NCBI GenBank assembly: GCA_048201895.1
Contig: DBFBGO010000036.1
Location: 31,194-95,193, forward strand
Length of the DNA stretch: 64,000 nt
DNA from: Collinsella sp.
GTDB lineage: Bacteria > Actinomycetota > Coriobacteriia > Coriobacteriales > Coriobacteriaceae
Reading direction: 5' to 3'
In this document: one piece after another, positions 39,457 to 49,600 of the stretch
Numbering within the stretch: the first letter of the stretch is position 1
Layout: each line of letters opens with the position of its first letter
Made by a program: the position numbers and the translations under genes
Notes under the pieces: generated by a model
The model's database searches: none
Told to the model about the DNA's origin: nothing
Seen by the model: only the letters and a program-made list of their open reading frames with translations

Positions 39457-40818
39457 ATGCTGCGCAGGAAAATAGCGGTAGAGCTGGAGCGTTGGCTGAA
39501 GTCTGCCGAGCAAAAGGCCTTATTCATTACGGGTTCTCGCCAGATTGGCAAAAGCTATTCGATTCGCGCATTTGGCAAAGCCAACCATGCAACCTACATC
39601 GAGCTTAACCTCATGGAAAATCGCCAGGCAAAAGATGCTCTTCTCGAGGCGCGGGATGCCGATGATTTCATCAGCAGGGTGACGCTTCTTTCGGGAAAGT
39701 CGATTGCACCAGGTAAAACGCTCGTGTTTATCGATGAGGTCCAAGAGGCCCCCGACATCATGACGATGGCAAAGTTCCTTGTTGAGGACGGGAGGTGCCG
39801 CTGGGCGTTTTCGGGGTCAATGCTCGGGACCCAGTTCAAGGGCGTCAGGTCCTATCCCGTGGGGTATGTCCACGAGCTTAGGATGTTCCCGCTCGATTTT
39901 GAGGAGTTTTGCTGGGCAATCGGGGTGAGCGAAGGGGCTCGCCAAACGATACGTGACGCGTGTATCAGCGAGAGGCCCATTCCTGATTACATTCATGACG
40001 CGATGATGGCAAACTTCAGGACCTATACCGTTGTCGGCGGAATGCCAGAGGTCGTGCAGCGTTTCCTTGACACGCGGGGCGACCTTGCCTCTGTTCGTCA
40101 GCTACAGTCAGAGCTCAACGAACAGTACCGGCGGGATATCTCCAAGTATGCAAACGGGCGAGCCCTGCAGGTGCAGAGTATCTACGATCAGCTCCCTATT
40201 ATGCTCGAGGGCGAAAACAAGCGCTTCGTGCTCAATTCCATTGACTCCAAGGCTTACTACGAGAAGTATCAGCGAGATTTTGTATGGCTTGTCGATGCCG
40301 GCGTTGCTCTCAAAGCCGATATCGTAACCGAGCCAAAATCGCCCCTGCTCAAGACGGCGCGGCCATCGCAGTTCAAGCTATATCAATCGGATACGGGCAT
40401 GTTGATGGCGCGCTACCCCGTTGGAGTCGCCCAAGCGGCGTATCTTGATAGCAAGGAGCCCAATCTGGGCGGCATTTACGAAAACGTGGTGGCCCAGCAG
40501 CTGGCTGCCCAAAATCGCCAGCTTTACTACTATCAGACAAAAAAGCGCGGTGAAGTGGACTTTGTGGTCGATGGACCGGATGGGACGGCTGTTCCGATCG
40601 AGGTTAAATCGGGCTCCTATTACCACGCGCACGCTGCGCTCGGTCATGTGCTTGATACGGCTGAATATGGCGTAAGGCTCGGGATTGTTTTCTCGAGAGG
40701 CAACGTTGAGCGCAACGGAGCGGTTCTCTATTTGCCGCTATATGCGACCTGGGCCCTTTCGGATGTTTTGGGCGACTCCTGCGCCGAGGGGATAAAGCTG
40801 GAGGTCAAGCCGGTCTAG
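39457..40818 (+). CDS. AAA_14 ATPase with DUF4143 and C-terminal PD-(D/E)xK-like region
   Basis: GSRQIGKS, FIDEVQ, GGMPE, KLYQSDTG, YENVV, EVDFVV..PIEVKSG; atypical codon use. Confidence 0.85.
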   Translation: MLRRKIAVELERWLKSAEQKALFITGSRQIGKSYSIRAFGKANHATYIELNLMENRQAKDALLEARDADDFISRVTLLSGKSIAPGKTLVFIDEVQEAPDIMTMAKFLVEDGRCRWAFSGSMLGTQFKGVRSYPVGYVHELRMFPLDFEEFCWAIGVSEGARQTIRDACISERPIPDYIHDAMMANFRTYTVVGGMPEVVQRFLDTRGDLASVRQLQSELNEQYRRDISKYANGRALQVQSIYDQLPIMLEGENKRFVLNSIDSKAYYEKYQRDFVWLVDAGVALKADIVTEPKSPLLKTARPSQFKLYQSDTGMLMARYPVGVAQAAYLDSKEPNLGGIYENVVAQQLAAQNRQLYYYQTKKRGEVDFVVDGPDGTAVPIEVKSGSYYHAHAALGHVLDTAEYGVRLGIVFSRGNVERNGAVLYLPLYATWALSDVLGDSCAEGIKLEVKPV

Positions 40819-40912
40819 GGCCAGTCCCTTTGTCACATTCATGAGCGTGGATTTTCTCCCACACTCGTTTTATGCCGATGGCGTGGCCCGTGTGCCCGCG
40901 CCGCCCGAGCGC

Positions 40913-41377
40913 CTACAGCTGCTCGAGCATAGCGGTGCAACCGGCGAGTACATCGCGGTAGGTGGCGTCGAAATTGCCGGTGTACCAGGGGTCGGCCACG
41001 TCGCCGGGGCGATCGGTCCAATCGAGCAGGCGCGAGATCTTGCCATCGGGGTCCTTCCCAAAAATTCGGTACAGGCCGCGGGCGTTCTCGTCGTCCATAT
41101 AGACAATGTGGTCCCAGTCGACATACTCCGCGCGACGCACCTGACGTGCACGATGTGCGACGACGGGAATCCCGACCTCGCGCAGCTTGGCAACGGTACC
41201 GTGGTGTGGCGGGTTGCCGATCTCCTCGGTCGAGGTCGCAGCGGAATCAATGACAAACTCGCCCGCGCGCCCAGCGCGGCGCACCAGCTCAGTAAACACC
41301 GACTCAGCCATCGTCGAGCGACAGATATTGCCGTGGCAGATAAAGAGAACGCGGTGGACGGGCTTTGGACTATTCAT
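40913..41377 (-). CDS. Low molecular weight protein-tyrosine phosphatase
   Basis: FICHGNICRS P-loop, DVADPWY. Confidence 0.93.
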   Translation of the reverse strand: MNSPKPVHRVLFICHGNICRSTMAESVFTELVRRAGRAGEFVIDSAATSTEEIGNPPHHGTVAKLREVGIPVVAHRARQVRRAEYVDWDHIVYMDDENARGLYRIFGKDPDGKISRLLDWTDRPGDVADPWYTGNFDATYRDVLAGCTAMLEQL

Positions 41378-41413
41378 GACCAGCTCTCTCCAAACGAAGC
41401 CAAGTACGACGCA

Positions 41414-42519
41414 TTATCGAACGGCGTCCCTAGGCCCTGACGATGCCAGCGAGCGCGACAGGTTCATGCTGGGAATCTCGATTATGCGCCAGAACGCAAC
41501 GGAGACGAGCATGCTTGCGGGCAGCGAGACCGCGGCAATCGCGAGCGGGTCGACAATCCCGAGCCTGGGCAGCAGGGCAACGAGCGCACCGATGACAATG
41601 GCGTGGGTAAGGTAGAGGCTGTACGACACCTTTCCCAAAAAGACCATGGGGGCCGCAGAGAGCGCGCGGCGCGTGAACCCGTCGGCGATCGCGACGACAA
41701 CCACCACCAGGCAGGCCGCGTTCATGGCGGTGGACTTCAACGCCTCGAGGACCCCGCTGGGATGCCACACGAGCGAGAGCTCGATAACACCAACGGAGGC
41801 TACAAGCAGCGCCAGCTCGGCCAGCATTGAAAGCTTGACGGCCTTGATTTTGTCGAATCGCCGGGCCACCATGACGCCAAGCCAGAACATCAGGCAAAAG
41901 CGCAGCGGAAAGTAGCCCGTCCAGTGCGAGACAAACACCGCAATAAAGGTCGCAACAACCGCCAGACCCGTCCGGCGAATCCTTGATATGCACCAGATGG
42001 CCAGCGGAAGCGTCAGGCTAAACCAGAGCTCCCAGCTCATGGACCAGACGGGAGAGTCAACGCGGACGAGCGGCGCGCCAAACAGGTTGCTGCCGTCATC
42101 AGACACGTTGAACAGCACGTCAAACTGCATGAGGATGTCATGAACCGCAGTGGGAAGGTCCGCGTCGTAGGCGACGGCAAGCGCGGAGCGTGACGTGGAC
42201 CCCAGGCGCCAGGCCACGTAGCCCGCAGGAAGGGCCAGCGCAATCGCCGCAAACAGCGGCACGCAGAGGCGGACGACCCTCCTTGGGTAGTAGCCAAGCC
42301 AGTCGTACCCGCCGCTCCCCATACGCTTAAAGGGAACAAGAGAGAGCACTATGCCTGACAGGATGAAGAACACCATGACCGACGCGGAGCCAGGGAAGAG
42401 GCTCGGACCCCCCCGCCAAACGGCTTGACCATGATGTCGACGTGCAGCAGGAACACCATCAGCGCCCCGAGCCCTCGCAGGCCGTCAAGCGACAAGACGC
42501 GCTTCTCGTGACCAGGCAT
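41414..42519 (-). pseudogene. Acyltransferase-3 (OafA-like O-acyltransferase), out of frame at a G7 tract
   Basis: RVLSLDGLRG..ALMVFLLH from ATG 42519 (AAGGAG RBS); VMVFFILSG, RRVVRL, VWSMSWELWF, LGKVSYSLYLTH, IEIP in the next frame; C7 at 42408-42414. Confidence 0.85.
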
Positions 42520-42953
42520 CATCACTCCTTCCTTCGTGCATTCGAGCAGAGCGTCCCATTATATACCCTCATGGATTTAGCGTACATTTTGACGAGCCAG
42601 GCCCCAAATCGGGCGGATTCGGGGCCTGGCTCATGTGCATGTTAACGGCGGCGTGCAGATTGTCTACGGCAACATGGCATCTAACTACGCAACTCAGATG
42701 CGCGAGCTGTTGGGTATGGAGTAAACGCCCCACATATCTATAAAATCCGGTATAAAAGGCGGCGGCAGACAATGAACTGGCGCCGCCTTTGAGTTACCCC
42801 ACGCGCATTTCGTGTACTTGAAATACACGAAATAGTAGAAAAGCGTGTATCTGAAATACACGAAATTGCACTGCCGGAGCTTGCAGGCGGATAAACACTA
42901 CTCGTATGGGACGGTTTTCACCGGTTGCTCGCCACCTTGGGCTATGTTCGCTC

Positions 42954-44207
42954 CTATGCCTGCATCCGGAGCTGTGCTGATTGACGGCGGCGCTCCCAGC
43001 GAGCCAGCTTAATCGTCACCAGCGTGAGGGCCCAGGCCACAAGCGAGAACGCGGCTCCCACTGCGCCCACGTACGCAATGCCAACGCTGCTTACCACGGC
43101 GCCGCCCACTGCGGTGCCAAACGAGATGCCGACGTTAAACGCCATGGGCTCAACCGAACTTGCGAGTACCATCGACTTGGGATGGCGGCTGCGTGCCACG
43201 TCCATAAAGTGCGTGATGCACGACACCGAGAACAGGTACATGAGCAGCGCCAAGCTAAAGACAAAGACCAGCGCGAGCGGCATGGTGCCGCCCACAGCAA
43301 ACAGTCCGAGTAACGCCGCAGCCTGCAGCACAAACGTCACAAGCAGTGCCTTCATGCCAAAGCGCGCGTCGATCCATCCGCCCAGGATGTTCGAGATTAG
43401 GCAGAACACGCCGTAGGCCATAAGCGTGGTACTGGCTTCGACCGTGCCCATGCCCAGCACCTGCTCAAGATAAGGCGTCACGTAGCCGTAGAACACATAG
43501 ACCGAGCCCACGCCAAACAAAAAGATGAGCATGCCGGTGATGATGCTCGGCTCGCGCAGCAGCCCCGCCTGCTCGCGAAAGGTGGCAGGCTCGTCGGTTT
43601 GCCCAGCGCGCGGCATAAACGCCACGAGCGCTCCGCAGATCAGAACGGCAAAGGTCAGCGTGCCGTACATGGCTACGTGCCAATCGAGCGTGTCGGCCAC
43701 AAACTTGCCAATCGAGGTTACAAAGACCATTGCCACGGAAAACGCACCATATACCACCGAGATGGCAAGCGAAGTTTGCTGCGGGGACAGCAGCTCGGGG
43801 ATGTACGTCACACCCACGGCGAGCAGTGCGCCCGAGACGGAGCCCAAGATGATGCGCGAGGCGAACAGCACCTGGAAGTTGGGCGCCAACGCCATGACTA
43901 GGTTGCCGAGCACAAAGACGATGCTGTAGCACACGAGCAGCTGGTAGCGGCGGAAGCGCCCCGTGCTGAGCGCAAGTACCGGCGTGGCGATAGCGTAGAC
44001 GAGCGCGAATACGCTGATGAGCTGGCCCGCGGTGGCAAGCGAGATGCCGAGTTCCGTCGCCAAGTCGCTTTCGATGCCGATGACCACGAACTCGGAGCAG
44101 CCGAGCGAGAATCCCAACAGCATGAGCAGCGCCAGGCAAAGATTGGTGCGCGCAGGGGAGAGCGCGGCGGCGGTTGACTTACTTTTAGGCGTGGTTGCGG
44201 CGGTCAA
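42954..44207 (-). CDS. MFS transporter (DHA1/AraJ-YbcL-like); start approximate
   Basis: About 12 TMs, SEFVVIG, AGQLIS.FAL.YAI, SRIILG, FNVGISFGTAVGG. Confidence 0.88.
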   Translation of the reverse strand: MTAATTPKSKSTAAALSPARTNLCLALLMLLGFSLGCSEFVVIGIESDLATELGISLATAGQLISVFALVYAIATPVLALSTGRFRRYQLLVCYSIVFVLGNLVMALAPNFQVLFASRIILGSVSGALLAVGVTYIPELLSPQQTSLAISVVYGAFSVAMVFVTSIGKFVADTLDWHVAMYGTLTFAVLICGALVAFMPRAGQTDEPATFREQAGLLREPSIITGMLIFLFGVGSVYVFYGYVTPYLEQVLGMGTVEASTTLMAYGVFCLISNILGGWIDARFGMKALLVTFVLQAAALLGLFAVGGTMPLALVFVFSLALLMYLFSVSCITHFMDVARSRHPKSMVLASSVEPMAFNVGISFGTAVGGAVVSSVGIAYVGAVGAAFSLVAWALTLVTIKLARWERRRQSAQLRMQA

Positions 44208-44321
44208 GGTTGTCACTCCAATGTCGCATGAATAAGCGAGATTCAATCCCTGCAACTCTAGCAGAATGTGACAAAGGGACAGTCTCTTTGTCACATTGCG
44301 CTGCCGGCCGGTCGCCCAAAC

Positions 44322-44379
44322 CGTCACAACATTCGGCGAAAATCTCGAAATCGAGGAAAAGCGTCGAATGTTGTGACAG
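44322..44379. repeat. Inverted-repeat element adjacent to a REP-like palindrome
   Basis: gtcacaacattcg ... cgaatgttgtgac. Confidence 0.6.
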
Positions 44380-44468
44380 TTTTCGTGTCCGGCGCGGGTG
44401 GGCTTCGGTGCCGTCTGGGGGTATAAGACTAGCGAGTGTTTATTTGCGAGGCCTAAGGGGCGCCCCGT

Positions 44469-45338
44469 ATGGATATCGATAACTTTGAATGGTGGTATAG
44501 CGAGGGTGAGGCTCCGGACGAGGAGTGGGACGAGCCCACGCCGCGTGACGTGTCGAGCGACGAGGACGAGACCGGCAACGACGTCGCCGCCGATTCGGAC
44601 GCCGCCCTCGACCCCGTCGAGCCTCTGACCTTCGAACAAGCTTGGGCCCAGGCCGAGGCAGACGAGGCCAAGGCTGACGCTACGGCCACGCTCGGCGAGC
44701 CGGTCGACATGTCAATCTCGCCGGCAAAGACCCCGCAGCCGCGCCACACCATCGACCCCGACAGCACGGCATCCTTCAGCATTCTCGACGTGCCCGCGCA
44801 AGGCGCCCAGGCGCCTGCGCCCACACATCGCCCCGACCTGGCTCGTGAGGAAGACGCGGGCCGCCGTTCTCCGCTCGGCCCCATCCTCATCGCCTTCATG
44901 GCCGGCGTTATCGCCTGCTCGGCAATCGGTAGCGTTTGGAGCCATGTCGAGCAGCAGCGTCAAGACGCCGCCAAGGTCGAGATGTCTGTCGAGCAATCGC
45001 TCAGCCGCACGCGCTCGGTACATGTGTCGGTCGAGGTCAAGGACGGCGCGACGTGGGACACCGCGCGTGGCGACAGCCAAATGCTCATCCACATCGTGGG
45101 GCGTACGCTCAAAGGGCAGACGATTGACGAGTATCAATACGTCAATTCCGCTGGTGACGGCATCGAGCTCAAGCCCGGCGACTACGAGCTCACCGTCGAC
45201 GAACCGCCCGTCGCCACCGACGGCACGCGCTTCCGCGCCTCAAAGCGCATGGTTCCCGTGAGCTTTAACTCGCAGGCGCCCGATACGGTCGATAGCACTC
45301 CGCAGGGCGGGTTTGACCTTTACGCTATTGCTCAATAA
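44469..45338 (+). CDS. Hypothetical single-TM protein: acidic disordered N-terminus, beta-rich C-terminal domain
   Basis: Genome-typical codon use, TM GPILIAFMAGVIACSAIGSVW. Confidence 0.7.
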   Translation: MDIDNFEWWYSEGEAPDEEWDEPTPRDVSSDEDETGNDVAADSDAALDPVEPLTFEQAWAQAEADEAKADATATLGEPVDMSISPAKTPQPRHTIDPDSTASFSILDVPAQGAQAPAPTHRPDLAREEDAGRRSPLGPILIAFMAGVIACSAIGSVWSHVEQQRQDAAKVEMSVEQSLSRTRSVHVSVEVKDGATWDTARGDSQMLIHIVGRTLKGQTIDEYQYVNSAGDGIELKPGDYELTVDEPPVATDGTRFRASKRMVPVSFNSQAPDTVDSTPQGGFDLYAIAQ

Positions 45339-45417
45339 CTGCGCCTGTCGCTCAACCCCGCCGCCAAGAGTGGGACAATGGCCCTCGACACTATTGTTTA
45401 CTTTTGGAGGAAGTAGC

Positions 45418-46311
45418 ATGTCTACCGTCACTACCATCAAGCGCGGCGGCCTCACCGCGGCCATCGATTCCATGGGCACCCAGCTCACGAGCCTTGCCCT
45501 CAACGGCAACGAGTATCTGTGGCAGGGCGACCCCGCCTTTTGGGGCAAGCACGCGCCCATCTTGTTCCCCATTGTGGGCTCGCTGCGCAACAACACGGCA
45601 ACGTCTGCGGCCGGCACCTGCGAGATGCCGCGCCACGGACTCGCGCGCATCGTCGAGCACAAGCTGGTCGAGGTTTCGGAGGACGGCTCCTCGGTAACGT
45701 ATGAGATCACCGACACGCCCGAGTCGCTCAAGGCATTTCCGTTCCACTTTAAGCTCAACATGACCTATGCCCTGACTGGTGACGCCACACTTACCCAGAC
45801 CTTTGCCGTCACCAATACCGGCGACGTGGACCTGCCGTTCTCGGTGGGCGGCCACCCCGCGTTTAACGTACCGGATCCCGGCGCCGAGGACGAGGCATTC
45901 GAGGATTACGAGCTGGCGTTTACCGAGGCTTGGACGAACGAGGCTCCCATCATCACGCCCGACGGTCTTATGACGTTCGAGGGTAGTTACAAGGCTCCCG
46001 ATAACTCGGACGTGCTGCCCATCACGCACCGCAGCTTCGATAACGATGCCATCATGTTCACCGATACCCCGGGCTCCACGCTCACGCTGCGCGGCCGCAA
46101 GTCGGGCCACGGCGTCAAGATCGACTTTGAGGGCTTTAAGTACATTGGCGTGTGGTCTGCCGCCAACGACGCTCCGTTTGTGGCGCTCGAGCCCTGGACC
46201 GGTCACACCACCATGGACACCGAGGACGACGTCTTTGAGCACAAGGTCAACACCATTACGCTGGCGCCGGGCGAGACGGACGTCCGCAGCTTTAGCGTCA
46301 CGTTGCTCTAG
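45418..46311 (+). CDS. Aldose 1-epimerase family (LacX-like)
   Basis: EYLWQGDPAFW..HAPILFPIVG, PRHGLAR, GGHPAF, FVALEPW. Confidence 0.9.
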   Translation: MSTVTTIKRGGLTAAIDSMGTQLTSLALNGNEYLWQGDPAFWGKHAPILFPIVGSLRNNTATSAAGTCEMPRHGLARIVEHKLVEVSEDGSSVTYEITDTPESLKAFPFHFKLNMTYALTGDATLTQTFAVTNTGDVDLPFSVGGHPAFNVPDPGAEDEAFEDYELAFTEAWTNEAPIITPDGLMTFEGSYKAPDNSDVLPITHRSFDNDAIMFTDTPGSTLTLRGRKSGHGVKIDFEGFKYIGVWSAANDAPFVALEPWTGHTTMDTEDDVFEHKVNTITLAPGETDVRSFSVTLL

Positions 46312-46312
46312 A

Positions 46313-46484
46313 GGTTCCGCCGTTCTGACGAACGGCGGGCCGGTCGACGCCGCGCGCCACCCAGAGCGACAATTTGTCATTCAAAAGGCAAGGCATGACC
46401 AGAAGGTCTATGCCTTGCCTTTTTCATGCCAACTTGTTCGCTCTGGGCGGCGCTCGCTGGCATTGCCAAAACATCGACGTCGCC
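46313..46484 (+). repeat. ~172-nt structured intergenic element, copy 2
   Basis: Aligns with copies 1 and 3; begins right after the epimerase stop. Confidence 0.85.
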
Positions 46485-46635
46485 GTTTCCGTCAAGGGTT
46501 TGGTGCATGGGGGACAGGTTGCTTTGCGCCAATCGTCCTCGTGTGTCTATTAATTTTTCGCGCACATGCCGCGCTGCTGGTTGCGGGCGTATATCCTGTC
46601 TTATTGTCAGTAAAGCAAAATAGGGAAGGCACTAG

Positions 46636-47562
46636 ATGCAATCTCGACAACAGCGCGACGCGCATCCGCAGCCGGTGTGCAGCCGTCGCATCTTTTTGGG
46701 TAGCGCTCTCGCTGCGAGCGCTACTGTCGTCGCCGGCGCACTTGCCGGTTGCCAGCGCCCCTCCACGCTGGAAGTAGTTCAGCCCACGACGGGTGGCGGT
46801 CGCGACGACCTGTCCGATTCCGTTATCGGCAAGGATAAGATCCGCATTGGCATGGAGGCGGCCTACGCCCCGTACAACTGGCAGGTCTCCGAAGCCAGCG
46901 AGTACACCATCCCCATCGACAACGTGCAGGGCGCCTATGCCGATGGTTACGACGTGCAGATCGCCAAGATCGTCTGCAAGGCCCTCGGCGGCGAGCCCGT
47001 TGCCGTCAAGCAGAGCTTCTCGGGCCTTATCGATTCGCTCAACAACGGCCAGATCGACCTCATCATCGCCGGTATGAGCGCCACGCCCGAGCGCGAGGAG
47101 TCCGTCGGCTTCTCCGACCCGTACTTTATTGGCTACTTTGGCCTGTTCGTAAAAGAGGGCTCGCCCTACCAAAACGCGACCAAGCTCAGCGACTTTAGCG
47201 GCGCTACGGTGCTCGGCCAAAAGGACACCATGCTCGATACCGTCATCGACGAGACCCCGGGTGTTGTCCACAAGAACCCGGTCGATTCGGTTCCCACGGT
47301 GTTTTCGAACCTGCTGCAGGGCACGTGCGACGCCGTGACCTACAACACCGAGAATGAGAAGGGCTATATGGCCCAAAACCCGGGTATCGTGCCGATTCAA
47401 TTTGCCGAGGGCGAGGGCTTTAAGCAGGAAGTCACGGCAAACGTCGGCTGCCGCAAGGGCTCGGATAAGCTGCTTAAGCTCATCGACAAGACACTCAAGG
47501 GCATTAGCCAAGAGGAGCGCGACCAAATGTGGGACGCGTGCCTCGACCGTCAGCCGGCATAG
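46636..47562 (+). CDS. Polar amino-acid ABC substrate-binding lipoprotein with Tat-like signal
   Basis: SRRIFL twin-Arg, LAGC lipobox, IGMEAAYAPYNW, GMSATPER. Confidence 0.88.
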   Translation: MQSRQQRDAHPQPVCSRRIFLGSALAASATVVAGALAGCQRPSTLEVVQPTTGGGRDDLSDSVIGKDKIRIGMEAAYAPYNWQVSEASEYTIPIDNVQGAYADGYDVQIAKIVCKALGGEPVAVKQSFSGLIDSLNNGQIDLIIAGMSATPEREESVGFSDPYFIGYFGLFVKEGSPYQNATKLSDFSGATVLGQKDTMLDTVIDETPGVVHKNPVDSVPTVFSNLLQGTCDAVTYNTENEKGYMAQNPGIVPIQFAEGEGFKQEVTANVGCRKGSDKLLKLIDKTLKGISQEERDQMWDACLDRQPA

Positions 47563-47571
47563 GGAGGCAGC

Positions 47572-48720
47572 ATGAAAACCATCAATCGACTGGCCTCCTT
47601 TATCAAGGCCGACCACCGTTATGTGTATCTGGGCACGAGCGTTATCGCGGCGCTCGGCCTGGCGTTTAGCCAGCGCAACCCCACGCCGCTGAGCTTCTTG
47701 GCCCCCACGGGCGTGTTCCAAGATTGCCTTTGGGCGATTCTTTGGGCCTGGCTCGTCGTGTCGGCGGCGGCGTTGGTCACCAAGCTTATGCACTGGAGCG
47801 GCTATCGCGTAAAGTCGCCGTTCGCATCCGAGCGTTGCCGTCGCGGCGCACGCCTGGGCAGCTACGTCGTGGTCGCCATCGCGGCAGTTTTCTTTATCGA
47901 CCGCTGCGTCATGTCGTTTATCGACCTGGTGCAGGTGAGCATTGTCTCGGATTCCAACCCCAGCGACTTTTTGTCGAGCCTGGTCTACATGACCTACAAG
48001 AGCGGGGACTTCTTCATTCGCGGTATCGAGATCACCATCGCGCTTGCCACCTTCGGCACCGTCATCGCATTCTTCCTGGCACTGCTCTTTGTGTTCCTGC
48101 GCATTCAGACCTTCGATCGCGTGGACAACGACCTGGTGCGCTTCTTTAAGAGTATCGGCCGCGGCTTTGCGACCGTCTACTCCACCATCGTGCGCGGCAC
48201 GCCCATGATGGTCCAGGGTCTGCTCATCTATTACGCGGGCTTCACCGTTTTGCGCGGCATGGGCTTCGAGACCGCCCAGGCCAACCAGATCTGGAGCACC
48301 TTCACCGCCGGCCTCGTCACCATCTCGCTCAACTCCACCGCCTACATGATGGAGGTCCTGCGCGGCGGCATCGAGTCCATCGATCCCGGCCAGGCCGAGG
48401 CAGCACGCTCGCTGGGCCTGTCGCAGTGGCAAGCTATGCGCAAAGTCGTGTTCCCCCAGGGCATTAAAAACGCGATTCCTGCGCTCACCAACGAGCTCAT
48501 CATCAACATCAAGGACTCGTCGGTACTCTCGGTCATCGGCGTGTTCGATCTCATGTACGCCACCACCACCGTCGCCGGCGTGTACTACCGCCAGATGGAG
48601 GTCTACTGCGTGGCGCTCGTGGTCTATCTGATCCTGACGCTCGTGGCGAGCCGCCTGCTCGAGGCCTTTGGCAAAAAGCTCGGAGCCGAGGCTCCGGCCA
48701 CGCTGCCCAGCTCTAACTAG
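47572..48720 (+). CDS. Amino-acid ABC permease with N-terminal extension
   Basis: [29 protein letters not shown] (EAA), IKDSS. Confidence 0.9.
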   Translation: MKTINRLASFIKADHRYVYLGTSVIAALGLAFSQRNPTPLSFLAPTGVFQDCLWAILWAWLVVSAAALVTKLMHWSGYRVKSPFASERCRRGARLGSYVVVAIAAVFFIDRCVMSFIDLVQVSIVSDSNPSDFLSSLVYMTYKSGDFFIRGIEITIALATFGTVIAFFLALLFVFLRIQTFDRVDNDLVRFFKSIGRGFATVYSTIVRGTPMMVQGLLIYYAGFTVLRGMGFETAQANQIWSTFTAGLVTISLNSTAYMMEVLRGGIESIDPGQAEAARSLGLSQWQAMRKVVFPQGIKNAIPALTNELIINIKDSSVLSVIGVFDLMYATTTVAGVYYRQMEVYCVALVVYLILTLVASRLLEAFGKKLGAEAPATLPSSN

Positions 48721-48742
48721 GCTTAAGACGAGGAGAATCATC

Positions 48743-49528
48743 ATGGCAGATACCGCCACTACCGGCGTTGCGGCCGCCGCACAGACCAATGAGCCGCTCA
48801 TCCGCGTCGAGGGCCTGCGTAAGAGCTTCGGCTCGCTCGAGGTGCTCAAGGGCATCGACCTGTCCGTCAATCCCGGTGAGGTTGTCACCATCATCGGCGC
48901 CTCGGGCTCGGGCAAATCGACCTTCCTGCGCTGCCTCAACCTGCTTGAGACCCCGGACGCGGGCCACATCTGGTTCCACGGCCAGGACCTCACGGCCGAG
49001 CGCTGCAACATCAACAAATTGCGCGAGGACATCGGCATGGTGTTCCAGGGCTTTAACCTGTTCAACAACATGGACGTGCTCGACAACTGCACGCTCGCGC
49101 CCGTCACGCTCAAAAAGATGAGCAAGGCCGAGGCTGAAAAAATTGCGATGGAGCATCTGACGAGCGTGGGGCTCGAGAAGTTCGCGCACGCCGCCGTGGG
49201 TCGCCTGTCCGGTGGTCAAAAACAGCGCGTGGCCATCGCGCGCGCCCTGTGCATGAATCCGCAGATCATGCTGTTCGACGAGCCGACCTCCGCACTCGAC
49301 CCCGAGATCGTGGGCGAGGTGCTCGAGGTCATGCGCAAGCTCGCGGCCGACGGCATGACCATGGTCGTCGTCACGCACGAGATGGCCTTTGCCCGCACGG
49401 TGTCCGACCGCGTGGTCTTTATGGACAAGGGCGTAGTGCTCGAGGATGCCGCGCCGGCGGAGCTCTTTGGCAACCCCAAGCACCAGCGTACCCGCGAGTT
49501 CCTTTCGCGTTATCTCGAGGACAAGTAA
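48743..49528 (+). CDS. Amino-acid ABC ATP-binding protein (GlnQ-like)
   Basis: [31 protein letters not shown]. Confidence 0.93.
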   Translation: MADTATTGVAAAAQTNEPLIRVEGLRKSFGSLEVLKGIDLSVNPGEVVTIIGASGSGKSTFLRCLNLLETPDAGHIWFHGQDLTAERCNINKLREDIGMVFQGFNLFNNMDVLDNCTLAPVTLKKMSKAEAEKIAMEHLTSVGLEKFAHAAVGRLSGGQKQRVAIARALCMNPQIMLFDEPTSALDPEIVGEVLEVMRKLAADGMTMVVVTHEMAFARTVSDRVVFMDKGVVLEDAAPAELFGNPKHQRTREFLSRYLEDK

Positions 49529-49600
49529 CCGACCGCAAATGTTTGCATGACAGGGCCGCTCCGGTGGGGCGGCCCTCGTCATCACAATCGAAAGGATGTC

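Noticed and set aside
46492..49125. 877-aa minus-strand ORF
   Set aside because: Antisense to the amino-acid ABC operon; no recognisable domain
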